A stretch of 64,000 nt of DNA from Alistipes sp. (GTDB taxonomy: Bacteria > Bacteroidota > Bacteroidia > Bacteroidales > Rikenellaceae), in NCBI GenBank assembly GCA_017481145.1, contig JAFUPR010000034.1, positions 7,596 through 71,595 on the forward strand, written 5' to 3'. Under the pieces are notes generated by a model that did not search any database, had not been told where the DNA came from, and saw nothing but the letters and a program-made list of their open reading frames with translations. The stretch's first letter is position 1. The number at the start of each line of letters is the position of its first letter. Below are positions 59,418 to 64,000 of this stretch, one piece after another. Both the position numbers and the translations under genes were made by a program.

Positions 59418-60905
59418 TTAATAAAATTGCGAAATAATAGGTTCAACACTTGAGCTAATCATGTCGCTTGCCCACATAGGAGCAAGGCCAAGTCCCGCCA
59501 CGCATACGATAAGGGTAAAGACCGCTACCTTCTCATCCCACGAAGCGTCTTTGAGTTTCAAGAACTCTGGATTGTTTACCTCGCCATAAAGGAACTTACC
59601 TACGGTACGAAGGATGTAAACAGCCGTGATTACAATACTGCAAGTAGCGATAATGGTACAAACTCGATGGAAGGTGTCTGCATTCTCGAACGACCCCACG
59701 AAGATAGTCATCTCGGCAGCAAAACCGCTAAAGCCTGGTAAACCAAGGTTAGCCAAACCTGCAATCACATAGCAGACGGCAAGGCAAGGCATAATCTTCA
59801 TAAGTCCGCTCATCTGGCGAATATCGCGTGTATGTGTGCGACCGTACATCATGCCAATCAAGGCAAAGAATAACGCGGTCATCAAACCGTGTGAAAGCAT
59901 CTGCAACACAGCACCCGTACACGATGTGCGTGTCATCATCAGCAAGGCGAAAAGTACCAATCCGCAGTGCGATACTGACGAGTAGGCATTGATATACTTC
60001 AAGTCGGTCTGTACGCAAGCACTAAATGCACCATACACAACCGAGATAGTCGTAAGAATAAGGAACATATCGCCCCACATAGCCAAGCCCTCAGGCATAA
60101 GGTTCATCGCGATACGGAAACAGCCATAGCCTCCGAGTTTCATCAGCACACCAGCGTGCAACATCGATACTGCCGTAGGAGCCGAGGCGTGACCATCAGG
60201 ACTCCAAGTGTGGAATGGGAAGAGAGCTCCAAGAATACCAAAGCCGAGGAACAGCAATGGGAAGAAGGTGTGCTGTATAGCCGTTGGTATCTGCATCTGC
60301 GCCAAATCCAAGATGTTCATTGATGTTGCGCCTGCGCCATAATAGATGCTCAGAATGCCGATAAGTATCAGTGCCGAGCCTCCCATAAGCATAAGCGTAA
60401 GTTTCATCGCTGAGTATTCCTTGCGACCGCTACCCCAAACGCCGATAAGAAGATACATAGGTATAAGAGCCACCTCATAGAACATAAACATCGTGAAGAG
60501 GTCGGTTGAGATAAAGAAGCCATAGACACCTACAGTAAGCAGGGTATACCAGAGGAAATACTCTTTGGTCATCGGCTGCAATCGCCATGAGGCAAAGACA
60601 CCAGTAAACACGATGATAGAGCTCAGTAGGAGCATCACCACCGAAATGCCATCAACTCCTAATGAAAAGCATATATTCAGTGGCTCATACCAAGCTACAC
60701 TCGATGTATAGAGCATCTCGGCATCGTTTCCTGCATTGCGCAAACCGATATAGTCGAATACGAGATATACGGAGAGGGCAACGAGCAGCGATGCACCTGC
60801 GACCATAACTGCTTTTACCTGACCAAGCGAACGCGCAGCCCACAGACCGAGCATCATCGCTAATGGTATAACTACAAAAAGAATAAGTATATTACACATA
60901 ACCAT
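59418..60905 (-). CDS. nuoM: NADH-quinone oxidoreductase subunit M
   Basis: GVDGIS, FYEVALIPMY, FPFHTWSPDGH, LMKLGGYG, LGLPG.SGF.AE. Start 60905 or 60899. Confidence 0.95.
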   Translation of the reverse strand: MVMCNILILFVVIPLAMMLGLWAARSLGQVKAVMVAGASLLVALSVYLVFDYIGLRNAGNDAEMLYTSSVAWYEPLNICFSLGVDGISVVMLLLSSIIVFTGVFASWRLQPMTKEYFLWYTLLTVGVYGFFISTDLFTMFMFYEVALIPMYLLIGVWGSGRKEYSAMKLTLMLMGGSALILIGILSIYYGAGATSMNILDLAQMQIPTAIQHTFFPLLFLGFGILGALFPFHTWSPDGHASAPTAVSMLHAGVLMKLGGYGCFRIAMNLMPEGLAMWGDMFLILTTISVVYGAFSACVQTDLKYINAYSSVSHCGLVLFALLMMTRTSCTGAVLQMLSHGLMTALFFALIGMMYGRTHTRDIRQMSGLMKIMPCLAVCYVIAGLANLGLPGFSGFAAEMTIFVGSFENADTFHRVCTIIATCSIVITAVYILRTVGKFLYGEVNNPEFLKLKDASWDEKVAVFTLIVCVAGLGLAPMWASDMISSSVEPIISQFY

Positions 60906-62795
60906 TTACAAGATTAGAAGAATGATGGTTAATACTACTGTTCCTGCTAAGAACCAGATACAATACTGCTGAATATGAGAGTTCTGCATCCACTTGATTT
61001 TCTCGGCAAGGTATGCTGTGCATCTCGCTGACATATTGAAGAATCCGTCAATGATGTGCTTGTCGAACCACGCAATCGGTGTGCTGATACAACGGAAGAT
61101 AATCTGCTTGGTGACGAATAGCCAAGCCTTGTCGATGTAGAATCGGTTGTAAGCAGCAGTATGTAGCCCTGAAAAACGTGTCGCCAATGCCTCGGCAATA
61201 GGTTGCTTACTACGAGCGTAAACAAGTGTTGCGAGTGCAATCGAACACATAGCCACAACCAGCGAGATAGTTGCCGTTGTAGCATCAATATGGATATGAT
61301 ATGCTGTGCCGTTGCTGCTGACAAACTCACCAAATGGTATAAATCCAGCTACGCAGGTTATCACCGCTAATATCATCAAAGGTAGAGTCATTGTCAGAGG
61401 CGACTCTTTCGGAGTGTGAGCCTTGTGCAACTCCTTGTTCTCCTTGCCCCAGAATATGCAGTAGTAGAGGCGGAACATGTAGAATGCCGTCATACCCGCA
61501 ATAGCTGTCATTGTCCAACCCATCAATGGACTGAAATCAAAGCAAGCTGCAAGAATCTCATCTTTCGAGAAGAATCCAGACAATGGCCATATACCAGCGA
61601 TAGCAAGACAAGCAATGAGGAATGTGATGTGCGTCACAGGCATATAGCGGCGCAGACCTCCCATTGCGCTCATCTCGTTGGAGTGAACAGCGTGGATAAT
61701 ACTACCCGCGCCCAAGAACAACAACGCCTTGAACATCGCGTGGGTAAAGAGGTGGAACATCGAAGCCATATAACCCAAACCACCATTGTGAGGGTCCATT
61801 GAGGTTGAAACACCAAGCGCCACCATCATAAAGCCAATCTGCGAAATGGTCGAGAATGCCAACACTCGTTTAATATCGCTCTGCACACACGCCACGGCTG
61901 CTGCATAGAGAGCTGTAAATGCTCCGATGTATGCTATCCATGGCAGAACCTCAGGTGCATAGTCAATGAAAAGCGGAAACATTCGCGCAACAAGGAATAC
62001 ACCTGCTACAACCATAGTTGCTGCATGGATAAGCGCACTAACAGGTGTCGGGCCCTCCATTGCGTCAGGAAGCCATATATGCAGTGGAAACATAGCACTC
62101 TTGCCAGCGCCACCCACAAACATCAGCGACAGAGCCAGCGGAATCATCGCCCCTGCTGATATGAGGTGTGCGGTGTTAGGCTCAAATGAGAATGTTCCAG
62201 TGTAGAAGCCGTAGATAAGAATTCCAATCAAAAAGCCTAGGTCGGCAAAGCGAGTAACGATAAACGCCTTCTTACTTGCTGCAATAGCCGCAGGCTTGGT
62301 ATAATAGAAGCCTATAAGCAGGTATGAGCTGACACCTACCAACTCCCAGAAGATATACATCTGGAAGATGTTGGTTGCTACGACCAAACCTAACATAGAC
62401 ATCGTAAAGAGCGACAGAAAAGCGTAATAACGCTGAAAACCTCGCTCACCCTTCGTGTAGCCTAACGAGTAGATATGTACCATCAGGCTGACGGTAGAGA
62501 TAACCACGAGCATCATCACCGAGATAGGGTCGAGCATTACACCAAGGTCAATACTCAAACCTTCGCCAAAAGGCAACCACTTCCAATTATGGGGCATAAG
62601 CGTCGGGAAAACTCCCTCAGCATTTCTACCTGCCGCAAAGTAATTGTATGCTGTAAGATACGAAACAACAGCAATGCCCACAAGCGACAGCGTTCCGATA
62701 ATACCAGCAACTTTGGGTTTCATATAGCTGCCCAATAGTCCGAGCAGAAGAAAGCTTAACAAGGGCAGGATAAGTAATAATATCGTATATTCCAT
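60906..62795 (-). CDS. nuoL: NADH-quinone oxidoreductase subunit L
   Basis: WELVGVSSYLLIGF, GKSAMFPLHIWLPDAMEGPTPVSALIHAATMV, HAMFKALLFL. Confidence 0.96.
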   Translation of the reverse strand: MEYTILLLILPLLSFLLLGLLGSYMKPKVAGIIGTLSLVGIAVVSYLTAYNYFAAGRNAEGVFPTLMPHNWKWLPFGEGLSIDLGVMLDPISVMMLVVISTVSLMVHIYSLGYTKGERGFQRYYAFLSLFTMSMLGLVVATNIFQMYIFWELVGVSSYLLIGFYYTKPAAIAASKKAFIVTRFADLGFLIGILIYGFYTGTFSFEPNTAHLISAGAMIPLALSLMFVGGAGKSAMFPLHIWLPDAMEGPTPVSALIHAATMVVAGVFLVARMFPLFIDYAPEVLPWIAYIGAFTALYAAAVACVQSDIKRVLAFSTISQIGFMMVALGVSTSMDPHNGGLGYMASMFHLFTHAMFKALLFLGAGSIIHAVHSNEMSAMGGLRRYMPVTHITFLIACLAIAGIWPLSGFFSKDEILAACFDFSPLMGWTMTAIAGMTAFYMFRLYYCIFWGKENKELHKAHTPKESPLTMTLPLMILAVITCVAGFIPFGEFVSSNGTAYHIHIDATTATISLVVAMCSIALATLVYARSKQPIAEALATRFSGLHTAAYNRFYIDKAWLFVTKQIIFRCISTPIAWFDKHIIDGFFNMSARCTAYLAEKIKWMQNSHIQQYCIWFLAGTVVLTIILLIL

Positions 62796-62797
62796 AG

Positions 62798-63109
62798 CTA
62801 CTCCTCCTTTATTTTATCGAGGTTCCTCACCTGAATATTCTTCATATTTCGGTATATATTAATGATAATTGCGATAGCAACGGCTGTCTCGGCAGCACTC
62901 ACACCAATGGCAAATATCGTAAAGAATACACCCTCTAACTGTTCGGGAAACAAGAATCGATTAAACACAGCGAAATTGATGTCCACCGAGTTGAGTATAA
63001 GCTCGATACTGATAAGCATCGTTAGCAGATTGCGGCGAGTAAAGAAACCATATATACCTGCAAACATCATAAAGGTCGATAAGACCAAGTACCACTCCAT
63101 TTGTACCAT
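62798..63109 (-). CDS. nuoK: NADH-quinone oxidoreductase subunit K
   Basis: RRNL..MLISIELILN, AAETAVAIAI; ATG 63109. Confidence 0.94.
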   Translation of the reverse strand: MVQMEWYLVLSTFMMFAGIYGFFTRRNLLTMLISIELILNSVDINFAVFNRFLFPEQLEGVFFTIFAIGVSAAETAVAIAIIINIYRNMKNIQVRNLDKIKEE

Positions 63110-63120
63110 AACTCTTCCTC

Positions 63121-63624
63121 CTATCTTTTTCGTGCAATCATAATTCCTCCAACAATACAAGCAAGGAGCAGTATGCTAATCACCTCGAATGGCAACAAAT
63201 ATTGATACTTCTCCGTGCCCATCAGTGAGTAGCCAATGGTGCGAATCTCAAGCTCGCCCGACTGAAATACCGATTCGGTAAACTTATGCTTTACAATAAC
63301 ATAGATACACACTGCAAGACCAGCAAGTGTTGAAAGAAGACCTATAATCATCTTCTTGTTTTTCAGTGGCTCTGCCTTATCACCATCGCTCGATGTAAGC
63401 AGAATACTAAACACATACAAGATGGTGATACCACCAGCATAAATCAACAACTGCACTGCACCGAGAAACGAATAGTTGAGTTGGAAATATATTCCTGCCG
63501 TTGCAAAGAGCACAAACAGTAGGAATGTTGCCGAACGCAAAATTCGCTTGGTGGTGATAGCCAAAATCGAACATACGCCGATTATAGCTGCCAGGATAAT
63601 AAATATAATAGTCTGAATATCCAT
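63121..63624 (-). CDS. nuoJ: NADH-quinone oxidoreductase subunit J
   Basis: FLGAVQLLIYAGGITILYVF, YLLPFEVISILLL. Confidence 0.94.
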   Translation of the reverse strand: MDIQTIIFIILAAIIGVCSILAITTKRILRSATFLLFVLFATAGIYFQLNYSFLGAVQLLIYAGGITILYVFSILLTSSDGDKAEPLKNKKMIIGLLSTLAGLAVCIYVIVKHKFTESVFQSGELEIRTIGYSLMGTEKYQYLLPFEVISILLLACIVGGIMIARKR

Positions 63625-63627
63625 ATC

Positions 63628-64000
63628 TTACTCTTTGTTTAAGGTCAATTTAAGATGATTACGGTCGTAGACTGCATTCTCAAACTCCGTAGAGAACTGA
63701 ATTGCATCGTGCGGACAGGCATTAACGCATAATTGACAAAACATGCAAGCACCAAGGTCATAGTCGTAACTAATTAAAACCTTTTTGCGTTTGCCACTCT
63801 CAGCATCTTCTATCATCTCGGTTTTAAGCGAAATAGTATCGTTCGGACAATTCATTTGGCACAGACCACAAGCAACACACTTGCTCGGGTCGGGCATTGT
63901 CAATCGTCCACGAAATCTCGGAGATATTTGCAGAGTATCTCGATTGTCGGGGTACTCCTCGGTTACCTTCTTCTTGAAGAATTCCCTGCCAGTAACACCA
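63628..64000 (-). CDS. nuoI: NADH-quinone oxidoreductase subunit I (partial, starts beyond window end)
   Basis: Frame is open to 64000: ..KVTEEYPDNR..RFRG..CVACGLCQMNCP..CMFCQLCVNACP. Confidence 0.93.
   Translation of the reverse strand, partial: GVTGREFFKKKVTEEYPDNRDTLQISPRFRGRLTMPDPSKCVACGLCQMNCPNDTISLKTEMIEDAESGKRKKVLISYDYDLGACMFCQLCVNACPHDAIQFSTEFENAVYDRNHLKLTLNKE

Overview
Core-chromosome segment of a Bacteroidales bacterium, probably Rikenellaceae/Alistipes-like. This is inferred from TAnnTTTG promoters, A-rich translation starts, SusC/D, PorX and a futalosine-pathway MqnE. About 50 genes are present, mostly housekeeping and envelope: glgB, POT transporter, ctpA, nfo, GH53, mntP, susC/D, alkaline phosphatase, ung, rnz, trxB, rsmG, an ECF sigma, DPP5, porX, tsaE, hup, rng, mfd, coaX, lptC, pfkA, rluD, lptF/G and tgt. 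These are followed by two FN3 surface lipoproteins and, after about 57.2 kb, a compositionally distinct block with a decayed SLC13 permease and nuoN-M-L-K-J-I. No tRNA, rRNA, CRISPR, integrase or transposase was seen. The most notable observations are: (1) a single ORF fusing the menaquinone radical-SAM enzyme MqnE to a transmembrane helix and three PASTA domains; (2) a POT transporter with a ~148-aa loop at the position of the mammalian PepT1/2 extracellular domain; (3) an apparently catalytically dead GT2 overlapping an ECF sigma factor; (4) a 135-bp imperfect hairpin between porX and tsaE; (5) two small ORFs below the ORF-track cutoff (a bS22-like protein and a 35-aa hydrophobic peptide); (6) ygiQ split by one in-frame TAG; (7) a mosaic-composition lipoprotein. 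Clustered G:C>T:A changes at normally conserved residues suggest low-coverage base errors, so single-base oddities need read-level checking. All family calls are from motif recognition only; no searches were run.
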